NCBI GenBank assembly: GCA_963816925.1
Contig: CAWFMY010000020.1
Coordinates: forward strand, 8,756-72,755
DNA: 64,000 nt
Direction of reading: 5' to 3'
Source of the DNA: an uncultured beta proteobacterium
GTDB lineage: Bacteria > Pseudomonadota > Gammaproteobacteria > Burkholderiales > Casimicrobiaceae
Of this stretch, positions 52,545 through 63,951 are shown in pieces. The position numbers and the translations under genes are program-made. Position 1 is the first letter of the stretch. The number at the start of each line of letters is the position of its first letter. The notes beneath the pieces were generated by a model. The model searched no databases, was not told where the DNA came from, and saw only the letters and a program-made list of their open reading frames with translations.

Positions 52545-53300
52545 CTACCTGCCGCCGCCGCCGCCACCACCACCGCCACCACCGCCACTGCCGCTGCCGC
52601 TGCCCCCGCCGCCCGCACCGCCGCCGCCGCGAATACGGTCGCGCATCAGGCTGCGTTCCATGGCCCGCAGCGCCTCGAGCTTCTGGATCGCCATGTCGGC
52701 TTTCTGCTGCTCGTCCTTCACCGCGCGCTGCCGCTCGGAGATCTGCGCCTGGAGCACGATCGCCACCTGCTTCACCGCCGGCGAGCCGGGATTGCTTTTG
52801 GCGACATTTTCGAGGAGCTGCAGCGCCCGCTGGTCGTCCTGCGGCGATGCCTTGGCATACGTGTAGAGCACGGCGAGCCGCACCCGATTCGCGTCGGTGC
52901 GCTGCCGATTGAGCGTCTGCGTCGCCGTCGTGATTTCGCGTTTGACGTCGTCGGGCGACAGTGCCCCGTACCGCTGAAGATCGGACAGCAGGGCAAGGAG
53001 CTCCTGTGTCTCGGCCGGCAGTTCCGGCGGCGCGGCGATCACCGGCACCGGCACAGCGGTTGCCGCGGGCTCGACTGCGGGTGGCAGGGTCGCGGGCGTC
53101 GACGTTGCCGGTTCGGGCGTGGGCACAGGGGGCTCGACGGGCTCGATCGGGGGGTATTCGATCAGGGGTGGCGATGGCGCCGGCGTCACCATCGGCTCGT
53201 CGTCCTCGTCCGGCTGGACGAGCGTCGGCGGCGTTGCGCACCCGGCGAGCACGGCAAACGCGAAGGCCGCCGCAAGAGAATACTTCCGCGGGAAATTCAT
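52545..53300 (-). CDS. QseG/YfhG-like lipoprotein with a C-terminal poly-Gly tail (251 aa)
   Basis: The ATG overlaps the kinase stop (ATGA at 53297-53300). Lipobox AVLAGC, a Pro-rich linker and a helical C-terminal half (...QAQISERQRAVKDEQQKADMAIQKLEALRAMERSL...). It sits between the kinase and regulator genes, as in E. coli glrK-yfhG-glrR. Confidence 0.6.
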   Translation of the reverse strand: MNFPRKYSLAAAFAFAVLAGCATPPTLVQPDEDDEPMVTPAPSPPLIEYPPIEPVEPPVPTPEPATSTPATLPPAVEPAATAVPVPVIAAPPELPAETQELLALLSDLQRYGALSPDDVKREITTATQTLNRQRTDANRVRLAVLYTYAKASPQDDQRALQLLENVAKSNPGSPAVKQVAIVLQAQISERQRAVKDEQQKADMAIQKLEALRAMERSLMRDRIRGGGGAGGGGSGSGSGGGGGGGGGGGGR

Positions 53301-54817
53301 CGGTTTCCCAGGACAGTGATCGGCCCTTCGGTGGCCGCCGTGTTGACCACCGACCCGGCGCCGCCCAACGCGAGCGGCAGCCACACGCGAAATTGCGCAC
53401 CGGGACGCCCATCGGCGCGCTCCAGCACCTCGATCCTGCCGCCGTGGGCGAGCGCGTATTCCTTGGCGATTGCGAGCCCGAGGCCCGAGCCTTTCACGCG
53501 GCCTTCGGCGGGCGGGCGGCCCTGGTAGAACGAATCGAAAATCTGCTGGCGCTCGTCCGGATCGACGCCGTGGCCCTGGTCGATGACGTCGAGCACCGCG
53601 AATCCGTTGTCCGTTGCGAGGTTGATGCCGATCGTGCCCGATCGCGGCGAATACTTGATCGCATTTGAAATGAGGTTGTCGACGATCGTGCGCAGCTTTT
53701 CCCCGTCCCCGACGACCAGCGCCGGTTTCAGCTTCGCCTCGAAATTGATCATGCGCGCGAGCGCCGCAAGCTTGTGCTCCTTCACGACCCGGCGCAACAC
53801 GTCGGGCAGCAGCACCGGTCCCAGCGTCTGCGGCTCCATCGCGCGGGTCTGGTGGTAGGTGAGCAGGTCCTCGATCAGCTTCTGCAGCGAAAGCGAATTC
53901 TCGCGGACGATGCGGACGATCTCGCGCTGCTCGGGCGAGAGCTTGCCGCCGACGTTGTCGCGCAGGAGCTCGGCGCCCTCGCGCACGGCCGTCAGCGGCG
54001 TCTTGAGCTCGTGCGAGACGTGACGCAGGAAGCGGTTCTGCTGCTCCTCGAGATCGGAAAGGCGCGAGCGCAGCCATTCGAGTCGCTGGCCGAGGTAGCG
54101 CAGGTCCTGCGGCCCGTTCACCTCGATGCGGTGCGTGAAGTCGGCCGTGCCCATCTGGCGGATCGCCTGATCGAGCTGGCGAATGGGACGCGCGATCAGC
54201 ACCGCGAACAGGATCGCGAGCGCCAGCGCGATGCCGGCCGTCGCGAACGCGAGGTAGCGCCATTTCTCGCGGCCCTGCGCCGCGATGTCCTGCAGTTGCA
54301 CGATCGCGCGCTCGGTCAGGTCGTTGGTCGCGCCCAGCAGCGACTGCGCGCCGTCGGCCAGTTTCGAATAGCCTTCGGCGAGCCGCGTATGCGCATCCGG
54401 CGGCTTCTGCGGCGCGCGCAGCAGCTGGTTCAAGCGCGATTCGGCGTCGCCCAGCGCGTCCAGCGTCGCGAGCTGGTCGCTCGACAGCGGCAGCAGCGAA
54501 AGCTGCCTCGTGGTCGCGCGGAATTCCTGGCGCACGCGGCCGTAATCGTCGAGCAGCGCGGAGTCCTCGAGGATCAGGTATTGGCGGACCAGGCGCTCGA
54601 GGGTCGTCGATTGCTCGAACAGCTGGCGGCTCGCGCGGCCGGCCTGCGCCGCCTGTTGCACGGCCTCCTGGCCCTGCACCTGCAGCCGGTCGAGCGAAAA
54701 GATGAGCTCGACCAGCGCGTAGACGAGCGGCAGGCTGACGAGCAGGAAGCCCAGCAGGATGAACTTGAGGAATGAGCGCGGGTAATACACGTAGGCAGCC
54801 GCTATAATTTGCGGCAA
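53297..54817 (-). CDS. glrK: sensor histidine kinase, GlrK/QseE type
   Basis: Two TM helices, HAMP, H-box FLRHVSHELKTPLTAVREGAELL and an HATPase_c domain (GSGLGLAIAKEY). The start may be GTG 54790 rather than TTG 54817. Confidence 0.88.
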   Translation of the reverse strand: MPQIIAAAYVYYPRSFLKFILLGFLLVSLPLVYALVELIFSLDRLQVQGQEAVQQAAQAGRASRQLFEQSTTLERLVRQYLILEDSALLDDYGRVRQEFRATTRQLSLLPLSSDQLATLDALGDAESRLNQLLRAPQKPPDAHTRLAEGYSKLADGAQSLLGATNDLTERAIVQLQDIAAQGREKWRYLAFATAGIALALAILFAVLIARPIRQLDQAIRQMGTADFTHRIEVNGPQDLRYLGQRLEWLRSRLSDLEEQQNRFLRHVSHELKTPLTAVREGAELLRDNVGGKLSPEQREIVRIVRENSLSLQKLIEDLLTYHQTRAMEPQTLGPVLLPDVLRRVVKEHKLAALARMINFEAKLKPALVVGDGEKLRTIVDNLISNAIKYSPRSGTIGINLATDNGFAVLDVIDQGHGVDPDERQQIFDSFYQGRPPAEGRVKGSGLGLAIAKEYALAHGGRIEVLERADGRPGAQFRVWLPLALGGAGSVVNTAATEGPITVLGNR

Positions 54818-54905
54818 TTATGACACCGGTCGTCGAACGTTGAGCGCGAAAACCCGGGAACGCCCCGTCGCGCAGCCTGTTGGCGCATCCGGTGGCGCGA
54901 CCGAC

Positions 54906-55400
54906 ATGCCCGCACTGGCGATCATCGCCGCGGTTGCCGCGAATGCCGTGATCGGCGCCGGCAATCGCCTGCCGTGGCGGTTGCCGGCGGATCTCAAGCG
55001 CTTCCGCGCGCTGACCACCGGCCACGCGGTGATCATGGGACGCAAGACCTGGGAATCGATCGGCCGCCCGCTGCCGGGCCGGCAGAACATCGTGGTGACC
55101 CGCAACGCCGACTTTGCGGCGCCGGGCGCCGAGATCGCGTCGACGCTCGCGGACGCTCTCGCGCGCGTGCGGTTGCCGGCGCCGGCATTCTGCATCGGCG
55201 GCGGCGAGATCTATCGCGAGGCGCTCGCGCACGCCGGCGTCATTTACCTCACCGAAGTCGGCCGGGCGTTCGCCGGCGACGCGACGTTTCCGGAATTCGA
55301 CCGCCGCGAATGGCAGGAAGCCGAACGCGAGGCGCATGCAGCCGCCGCGGAAGATGGATTGCCGTACGCGTTCGTGACCTACCTTCGCCGTTCGCGCTGA
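54906..55400 (+). CDS. folA: dihydrofolate reductase
   Basis: MPALAIIAAVAANAVIGAGNRLPWRLPADLKRFRALTTGHAVIMGRKTWESIGRPLPGR...; the start is taken at ATG 54906 within ORF 54840..55400. Confidence 0.93.
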   Translation: MPALAIIAAVAANAVIGAGNRLPWRLPADLKRFRALTTGHAVIMGRKTWESIGRPLPGRQNIVVTRNADFAAPGAEIASTLADALARVRLPAPAFCIGGGEIYREALAHAGVIYLTEVGRAFAGDATFPEFDRREWQEAEREAHAAAAEDGLPYAFVTYLRRSR

Positions 55401-55453
55401 CGGGATCGTCGTCGCGCCGGCTCGTTTCCTCACCCCAACACCAGGGAGTCCCC

Positions 55454-56026
55454 ATGTCGGAAGGCCATTTCCACGTCCACGGTCCGCACGATCACGAGGT
55501 CGAGCACGCCGCGCACGGCGGCGACCCGTTCGCGGGCCGCATTGCCGTGATGACCGCGATCTTCGCGACCATCGGCGCCTTTTTCGGCTACATGGCGGGG
55601 GCGACGCAGAACGATGCGCTCCTGTTCAAGAACGAGGCGGCGATCCGCAAGACCGAGTCGTCCGACCAATGGAATTTCTACCAGGCGAAAAGCAGCAAGC
55701 AGAACCTCGCCGAGTTGGGCGCGACGCTGACCACCGGCGAGCAGCAGGCGAAATACGCGAAGGAAGTCGAGCGTTACAAGTCGGAAAAGGAGCCGATCAT
55801 GGCCAAGGCCGACAAGCTCGAAAAGGAGAGCGCGGCCGCCGAACTGAAAAGCGAGGCTTCGATGCACACGCATCACCGCTGGGCCCAGGCGACGACGCTG
55901 ATCCAGATCGCGATTGCGCTGGCGGCCATCACCATCCTCACCCGGCAAAAAGCGATGGGACTGGGCGCGCTGGGGGTCGCGGTCGGCTCGATCGTGCTCG
56001 GCATCCTGGCCGCGATGCACATTTGA
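55454..56026 (+). CDS. DUF4337-like protein (His-rich N-terminus, helical, C-terminal TM hairpin)
   Basis: ATG 55454; MSEGHFHVHGPHDHEVEH... and ...QWNFYQAKSSKQNL...; 190 aa. Confidence 0.7.
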   Translation: MSEGHFHVHGPHDHEVEHAAHGGDPFAGRIAVMTAIFATIGAFFGYMAGATQNDALLFKNEAAIRKTESSDQWNFYQAKSSKQNLAELGATLTTGEQQAKYAKEVERYKSEKEPIMAKADKLEKESAAAELKSEASMHTHHRWAQATTLIQIAIALAAITILTRQKAMGLGALGVAVGSIVLGILAAMHI

Positions 56027-56248
56027 GCCTGGCCGCGATTTCTCGGGCGGGCGGACCCTTGCCGCTCGCCGGAGATGTCGTGCCGATGCCCGGCTTGCCG
56101 CCGGGCGCCCGTCCGATTATGATGACGTCATAACGCGCCCAGGCGGGCCCAAGCAGGCGCGCGCAACACCGTTTCCGGGGAAGGCAGGGGGCAACGCGGC
56201 GATTGCGGGGATCCGCAGGCGCCGTTTTCGGCTGGACCGAGGCAAATC

Positions 56249-59117
56249 GTGATGCATTTTCCGTTTCGCTCCAACGCCCTTCATTCGTTCGTGCGGCGCA
56301 TGGCATCCGCGGCGCTCCTCGCTGTTCTCGCCATCGGCGCGCCCGACGCGCTGGCGGCAGGTCATTCGCTGCGCTTCTCCGGCGCCGGCGCGGCCGACGT
56401 CGACCGGGTCAAGATCCGCATCGACGATCCGCTGACCGCTCTGCCCGGACCGCCCGCCGACGTGGGCGCGACCGACTTCACGCTCGAGTTCTGGCTGATG
56501 GGCAGCGCGGCGCAGAACGCCGCGCCTGCGGTGACCTGCGGTGCCAACCAGGCGTGGACGGCCGGCAATGTGGTCGTGGACCGCGATCGCTTCGGCGCCG
56601 ACCGCAAATACGGAATCGCGCTCGCCGGTGGCAAGGTCGTGTTCGGCGTCTCCGGAAACGGGACCGGCAACCTCACGCTTTGCAGCATCTCGTCGGTGCT
56701 CGACAACGCCTGGCATCACATCGCGGTGCAGCGCCGCCTGAGCGACGGCAACCTGTGGCTGTTCGTCGATGGAAATCTCGAGGCGCAGGCCAGTCGGCCC
56801 CGGCGGCGACATCTCCTATCCCGACGCGGCGCCGGCAGTCCAGGCCAACGATCCGTATCTCGTCCTCGGCGCCGAGAAATACGATACGGGACTCGCGTTC
56901 TCCGGCTGGCTCGACGAGCTGCGGATCTCGACCAAGCTGCGCTACGCGGCGAATTTCCCACGGCCGCGGGCGCCGTTTGTCTCCGACCGTTTCACCGCCG
57001 CGCTCTACCATTTCGACGACGGCGACGGCGCGACGCTGCACGACAGCTCGGGCGCGGTGGGCGGCCCGAGTTCCGGGCAGATCAAGCGCGGCGGCACGGC
57101 GAACGGACCCGCATGGATGCCCGACAGCCCGTTCAACGTCGGCGGTCTCGTGAACAACGCCACCATCGCGTTCACGCCGTTCGTGTCGGGATTTTCGTCG
57201 CCGGTCGAAATGGTGCATGCCGGCGACAACTCCGGACGCCTGTATGTGGTCCAGCAGGGCGGCCTCATCCGGATCATCCGCAATGGCGCCATCCTCGCAC
57301 CGCCTTTCCTCAACCTCACGTCGAAGGTGATCGTCAGTTCCGAGCAGGGCCTGCTGGGCCTCGCGTTCCATCCCAACTACGCGGTCAACGGCTTCTTCTA
57401 CGTCTACTACACGCGCGCCGGCGACGGCATGCTGATGATCGAGCGCTACCAGCGCGACCCCAACAACACCAATCTCGCGGACCCGAACTCCGCGAAGACG
57501 ATGCTGACGATTCCGCATATCGGCCAGAGCAATCACAACGGCGGCAAGCTCGCGTTCGGCCACGACGGCTATCTTTACGCCGGCACCGGCGATGGCGGCA
57601 GCGGCAACGACCCGCCGAACAATGCGCAGAACCTGAGCGTGCGGCTCGGCAAGCTGCTTCGCCTCGACGTCGACCAGAACGTCAACGTGCCTCCGTACTA
57701 CGGGGTTCCGGCGACCAATCCGTTCCCGTACCCGCAAAATCAGTGTGACGGCGTGAGCATCGGGATCTGTCCCGAAATCTGGGCCTACGGACTGCGCAAT
57801 CCGTGGCGCTGGACGTTCGACAAGCTGACCGGCGACCTCTTCATCGGCGACGTCGGTCAGAGTGCGCGCGAGGAAGTCGACTTCGACGCGTGGCCCGGCA
57901 CCGCCGGACGCAACTACGGCTGGCGGGTCATGGAAGGAAACCTCTGCACACCGGGCGTCAGTCCGTCCAACTGCACGCCGCCCCCCAACTACGTCGCGCC
58001 GATCTTCGACTATCCGCATCCGCCTGGCGTCGCTGTCATCGGCGGCTACCGCTATCGCGGCGATGCGGTCCCGGCACTGGCCGGCGCGTACGTCTACGCC
58101 GACGAAGGCGCCGGCCTGATGTGGGCCGCGACGCGCGCCGACACCGGCGTCGTGGACGGGTCAGCAGCAGCTGATGGGAACGCCGACCGCGATCAGCGCA
58201 TTCGGCGAGGACGAAGCGGGCGAGCTGTATGCGGTCGGACTCGGCAACGGCACGATCTACAAGATCACCGGCATCGACAGCGACGGGGACGGCCTGCCGA
58301 ATTGGTGGGAAATGGCCTATTTCGGCAGTACGACCGCCGCGGCGCCCGGAGCGGATGCCGATGGCGATGGCGCGACGAACCTGCAGGAATACCAGGCGGG
58401 AACGGACCCGCTGTCGGCGGCGAGCAAGCCCGATCGTGCCGTTCTCCAAGGCGACGCTCGGCGTCTGGCGGCCGTCGACCGCGCGCGTTCTTCGTCGACG
58501 TCGACTTCGACTTCACGGTCGACCAGAAGGTGTACTTCGGCGCGACGACGGACAAGCCGCTTGTCGGCCGCATCGACCCGGGCCGCACCTACGACCTCGT
58601 CGTCTACCGGAACGGCCTGTGGTACGCCGACCGGGACCGCAACGGAGATCGCCGCCTTCACGGACTTTGTTCGGCGGCGTCGCGGACGATGTGCCGCTCC
58701 TCGCGGACTTCAACGGCGACGGGCGCGACGATCTCGTGATCTACCGCGCCGGCCTTGGTACGTCAGCACCGCGCAGGACGGCACCCTCGCAACGACGTTC
58801 GGCCTGGGCGGCGTCGCCGGGCGACATCCCGCTCGCGGGCGACGTCAACGGCGACGGGATCGCGGATCTCGTCATCTACCGCAACGGATTCTGGTACATC
58901 GACACCAACCGCAACGGCACGGTGGACGTCACCGTCGCTTTCGGCGGTCTGCCCGGCGACATTCCGCTGCTGTTCGATTTCGACGGCGACGGCAAGGCCG
59001 ACCTTTGCATCGTCAGGAACGGCGTCTGGTACGTGAACACGAAGCTCGACGGCACCGTGCAGGCCGCAGTGGAACTTCGGCGTCGGGACCGACATCCCGC
59101 TCGCGTGGAAGGAGTGA
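56249..59117 (+). pseudogene. large secreted LamG-lectin / PQQ-type sugar dehydrogenase beta-propeller / TSP3-like Ca-binding / FG-GAP-repeat protein, at least 9 frameshifts
   Basis: Signal peptide, then the LamG-like segment (...FTLEFWLMG...NAWHHIAVQRRLSDGNLWLFVDG). The GSDH-like propeller has LLGLAFHPNY, NHNGGKLAFGHDGYLYAGTGDGG and YGLRNPWRWTFD. The DSDGDGLPNWWE...DADGDGATNLQEYQAGTDP motif follows, then four modules of the type FGG..D.PL..D.(N/D)GDG..DL..YRNG.WY. Frame changes fall near 56795, 58153, 58430, 58481, 58648, 58672, 58756, 58820 and 59072, with the stop at 59115-59117. Confidence 0.8.
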
Positions 59118-59131
59118 CGGCGCGAAGCGCC

Positions 59132-62100
59132 CTACGCGAGGTTGCGCAATTCCCGCAGCGCGACCGACAGCATCGCGGAATCCGCGGTGCCGCCGCCGCG
59201 CAGCTCCGACAGCAGCTGCTGCACGCGCTCGATCGCGCGCGCGTTGCGGTCCTTCCATGCGCCCATCAGCCCCGCCGCCTCGGCCATGTCGCCGCCCCCC
59301 AGCACGCCGCCGGTGATCGTCCGCTGCAGCCCTGACAGGTCGTCGTGCATGGCGCTCCTGGCGAGCATCTGCCAGTGCGCGTCCGCCGGGAGCGCGGCGA
59401 TGCGCTCGCGCAGCCACGGCAGCCCGAGCCGCGTCGACACGTCGAAATAAACCTCGGCCACGAGCTCGACGGGGCGCTTCGCCGCGCCCGCGATTTCGAC
59501 GATGTCGAGCGTCGAGTACAGCGTATCCAGCGTCACCACGCGCTGCGCCAGCGGCTCGGGAACACCCTGCGCGGCGTAGGCGGCGACGGCCGCGCCTACA
59601 CGGGCCCGGTCGGCGGCATCGAGCAGGTCCGGCAGCCGGGTGGACAGCGCCTCGACCCGCGGCGTGAAGTGCGCGATCGTCGCGGCCATGTCCTCCGTCA
59701 GCCGCCGCGAACGCAGGAACCAGGTCGTGCCGCGCTCGAGCTGCCGGCTCGTGTCGATCAGCATCGTCGACTGCACGGCATCGTCGACCGTGTTGTCGAG
59801 CGCCTCGATCGCCTGCCAGAGCGGAACGAACCCGAAGATCTCGCGCGAGAGCAGATACCCGCGCACGACCTCGTGCGGGCGCGTGCCGGTGGTTTCCGAC
59901 AGCCGGTGCACGTAGGTGCTGCCGACCCGGTTGACCATGCTGTTGGTGACGTGCGTCGCGATGATCTCGCGCTTCAGCGCATGCCGCGGCATGTAGGCGG
60001 CGAACTTCTCGCCCAGCGCGCGCGGGAAATAGCGCGTGAGCGCCGTCTCGATCCACGGGTCGTCGGGCAGCGTGGAGGCCAGCAGCTCGTCGTAGAGCCA
60101 CATCTTGCCGTAGGCGAGCAGCACCGAGCGCTCGGGACTCGCAAGGCCCAATCCCTTGGTCCGCCGGACCGCGAGCGCCGCGTCGTCCGGGAGGAATTCG
60201 ATGGCCCGGTTGAGCTGCCCCGCCTTTTCCAGGAATTGCATGAAGCGTCCCTGCGCGTCGAGCAGCAGCGGCGCGATGCGGCCGGTCACGCTGATCACCT
60301 GCGTCTGGAAGTAGTTGTCGCGCAGGACAGAGGGCGGCGACGTCGTCGGTCATTTCGGCGAGCTGCGCGTTGCGCTGCTTCTCGGTGAGCTCGCCCTCGG
60401 CGATCGCCATGCCGAGCAGGATCTTGATGTTGACCTCGTGGTCCGAAGTGTCGACGCCCGCCGAGTTGTCGATCGCGTCGGTGTAGATGCGGCCGCCGGC
60501 CTGCGCGTATTCGATCCGCCCCAATTGCGTGCACCCGAGATTGCCGCCCTCGACGAACACTTTGCACTTGAGTTCGGTGCCGTTGACGCGCAGCGCGTCG
60601 TTCGCGCGATCGCCGACCTGCGCGTGCGTCTCCGCCGTCGCCTTGACATAGGTGCCGATGCCGCCGTTGTAGATCAGGTCGACCGGCGACTTCAGGATCG
60701 CGTTGACGAGCTCGGTCGGCGTAAGCGAGTCGGCGGAAATGGCGAGCGCGGCCTTGACTTGCGGCGTGAGCGCGATCGATTTGGCGCTGCGCGGATGAAT
60801 TCCGCCGCCGGCCGAGATCCGCTTGACGTCGTAGTCGGCCCACGACGAGCGCGGCAGCCGGAACAGGCGCTCGCGCTCGGCAAAGCTGGCCTCGGGGTCC
60901 GGATCGGGATCGAGGAAGATGTGACGGTGGTCGAACGCCGCGACGAGGCAGATGTGCCGCGGACAGCAGCATGCCGTTGCCGAACACGTCGCCCGACATG
61001 TCGCCGATGCCGGCGACCCGGAAATTCGTCGTCTGCGTATCGACGCCCATTTCGCGGAAATGGCGCTTCGTCGATTCCCACGCGCCGCGCGCCGTGATGC
61101 CCATCGCCTTGTGGTCGTAGCCCACCGAGCCGCCGGATGCGAACGCATCGCCGAGCCAGAAGCCGTATTCCTTGCTGATCGCGTTCGCGTAGTCGGAAAA
61201 CGTCGCCGTTCCCTTGTCCGCGGCGACTACGAGATACGGATCGTCCGGATCGTGGCGCTTGACCTGCGGCGGCGGCACGATCGATTCGTTGACGCGGTTG
61301 TCGGTGAGGTCGAGCAGTCCGCGCAGGTAATCCTGGTAACAGGCGATCCCTTCCTTCATGAACGCATCGCGATCGGAGGACGGCGGCGCCTTCTTGAGCA
61401 CGAAGCCGCCTTTCGATCCCACCGGGACGATCACGACGTTCTTCACCTGCTGCGCCTTGACGAGGCCCAGCACCTCGGTGCGGAAATCCTCGGGCCGGTC
61501 CGACCAGCGCAGGCCGCCGCGCGCGACCTTGCCGAAGCGCAGGTGCACGCCCTCGAAGCGGGTCGAGTACACGAAGACTTCGAACATCGGCTTTGGCTCG
61601 GGCAGGCCGGGCACTTTCGCCGGGTCGAACTTGAAGGACAGATACGCGCGCGGCCGCCCCTTGTCGTCGCGGCGCCAGAAGTTGGTGCGCGTGGTCGCGA
61701 GGATCAGCATGAGGTAGAGGCGCAGCACGCGGTCCTCGGACAGGTTCTCCACGCGGTCGAGCGCGTGATCGATCTCCTGGATCTTGCCCATTGCCTTTGT
61801 CTGCGCGGCATCCGGCAGCGCGGGATCGAACCGCAGCTTGAACAGCTCGACCAGCATCCGCGCGATGTCCGCATGCGCGGCGAGCGTGACTTCGATGAAC
61901 GCCTGCGACAGCGGAAATCCGATCTGACGCATGTACTTGGCGTACGCGCGCAGCACGACGATTTCCTCCGCCGGCAGCCGCGCGGCGACGACCAGGCGGT
62001 TGAAATCGTCGTTCTCGACCTCGCCGCGGAAGATGCGCGCGAATGCGTCCTCGAACACGGCGTGCAACGCATCGATCTCGACTTCCGCGTCGGCGACCGC

Positions 62101-63951
62101 CGATTGCATCCCGAAATCGTGCATCCACACCGGCGGCGCGTCGCGCGGCGCGATGCGATGCGGGCGCTCGTCCATGACCTTCTGCCCCATGCGCTCCAGC
62201 ATCGGCAGGCCGTCGGACAGCGGCACCGGCGCGCCGCGGTGGAAGAGCTTGAAGCGCAGCACGCCGGGCGCGGCTTCCAGGGGGCGATACAGCGACAGCG
62301 CGAGCGGCGACGCCTCCGTCAGCGGCGCCATCAGCCCGATGTCGGGCACCGCGGAGCGCGCGGCGAAGTCCTCGCGATAGCCGGCCGGAAAGGCGCTCCC
62401 GAACTGACGGAAGAGCTCGCTGCCGCGGGCCTCGCCCTGCGCTTCGATAAGCGCTTCGCGGAGATCGTCCTCCCATCGGCGGGACGCGGCGGCGAGACGC
62501 GCTTCGAGCTCGCGCACGTCGAACGGCGGCACGGTGCCCGGGGTCGTGCGCACGGTGATGAGGCTTCGCACGAGCGCCGACTCGGACAGGTGCACGTTGA
62601 ATTCCGCGCCGGTGCCGTTGAACGCCTCCATGAGGATCGCCTGCCACTTCTGGCGCAGCGCGGTCGAGTAGTTCTCGCGCGGCGCGAAGATGAGGCACGA
62701 CAGGAAGCGCCCGAACGGATCGCGGCGCACGAACAACCGGAATCGCTGCCGCTCGCCGAGATGCAGGATGCCCATCGCCGTCGCGTAAAGGTCGTCGTCG
62801 CTCGTCTGCAGGAGCTCGTCGCGCGGGTAGGTCTCGAGGATGTTGATGAGCGCCTTGCCGGCGTGGCTGCCGGGCGCGAGTCCCGCGCGCGCGACGACCG
62901 TGGCGACCTTGCGCCGCAGGAGCGGGATGTCGGCCGGCTTCGCGCTGTACGCGGTCGACGTGTAGAGCCCGAGGAAGCGATGCTCGCCGCAGACCTGCCC
63001 GTTCGTGTCGAAGCGCTTGATGCCGACGTAATCGAGATAGCCCGGCCGGTGCACCGTCGAACGCGAATTCGCCTTGGTGATGATGAGGAGTTCGGGAAGC
63101 CGCGCGAACCCGCGCTGCTCCGGCGGCAGCTTGGCGAAGCTCGCCGCGACGTCGCGCCCGCCGGTTTCGCGAAGGAGCCCGAGGCTCGAGCCGGGAACGA
63201 TCCGCAGCGCGTCCGCGCCGTCGACCGTGACGAGGTCGTGGCACCGGTAGCCCAGCAGCGTGAAGTGATTGGCGGCGAGCCAGCTCAGAAACGCCTCGTC
63301 TTCCTTGAGCTCGTCCGCCGGGATCGGCGGCGGGCGCGCTTCGAGCTCTCCGATGATGGCGAGCATCTTGTCCTGCATCTTCTTCCAGTCCTCGACCGCC
63401 ATCCGCACGTCGCCCAGCACGCGGGCGATGTCGCCGGCGAGCGCCTCGAGGAGCGCCGGTTCGGTGGTCCGGTCGACTTCGACGTGGATGAACGACTCGC
63501 GTTTCGCATCTTTGCCTTCCGGCGCGAGACCGGTCAGCGTGCCGCCGGCGTCGCGCACGACCGCGAGCAGCGGATGCGTGATGAGGTGGAGCGTGAGCCC
63601 GTGGCGGTTCGCCTCCATCGTCACCGAATCGACGAGGAACGGCATGTCGTCGTTGACGATCTCGATGATCGTGTGCGTCGACTGCCAGCCGTGCTCTTCG
63701 ATGGTCGGATTGAACACGCGGACCTTGGCGCGTCCGGCGTCGCGCTTGCGCGCAAAGCTCCAGTGCGACATCGCCGCGCCATAAAGATCGGCCGGCGCCC
63801 GCTCCATGAGATCCTCGGGGTCGACCTGGCCGTAATAGCGGCGAACGAGGTCCTCGATCGTCGCGCGGTCGGCCGCCGCGACCTTCGCCCTGACGAGCGC
63901 CAGCACCTCCTGCAGCCGCTCGCTTCCGCCCGGTGTCGTGCCTGCGCCCAT
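59132..63951 (-). pseudogene. gdhB: large NAD-specific glutamate dehydrogenase (~1600 aa class), two frameshifts (~60960 and ~60331)
   Basis: The N-terminal 1200 aa are in ORF 60295..63954 (ATG 63951, GGAG upstream). The catalytic segment ...[17 protein letters not shown]|[20 protein letters not shown]...GGIGTYVKA... is in the frame of ORF 59013..61148. The C-terminal segment ...[20 protein letters not shown]... is in ORF 59132..60298. Confidence 0.92.

Noticed and set aside
52548-52630. Possible CRISPR array or microsatellite locus in the GCC/ACC repeat tract
   Set aside because: The period is 3 nt and lies in frame within a coding region as a poly-Gly tail. There is no repeat-spacer structure and there are no cas genes.
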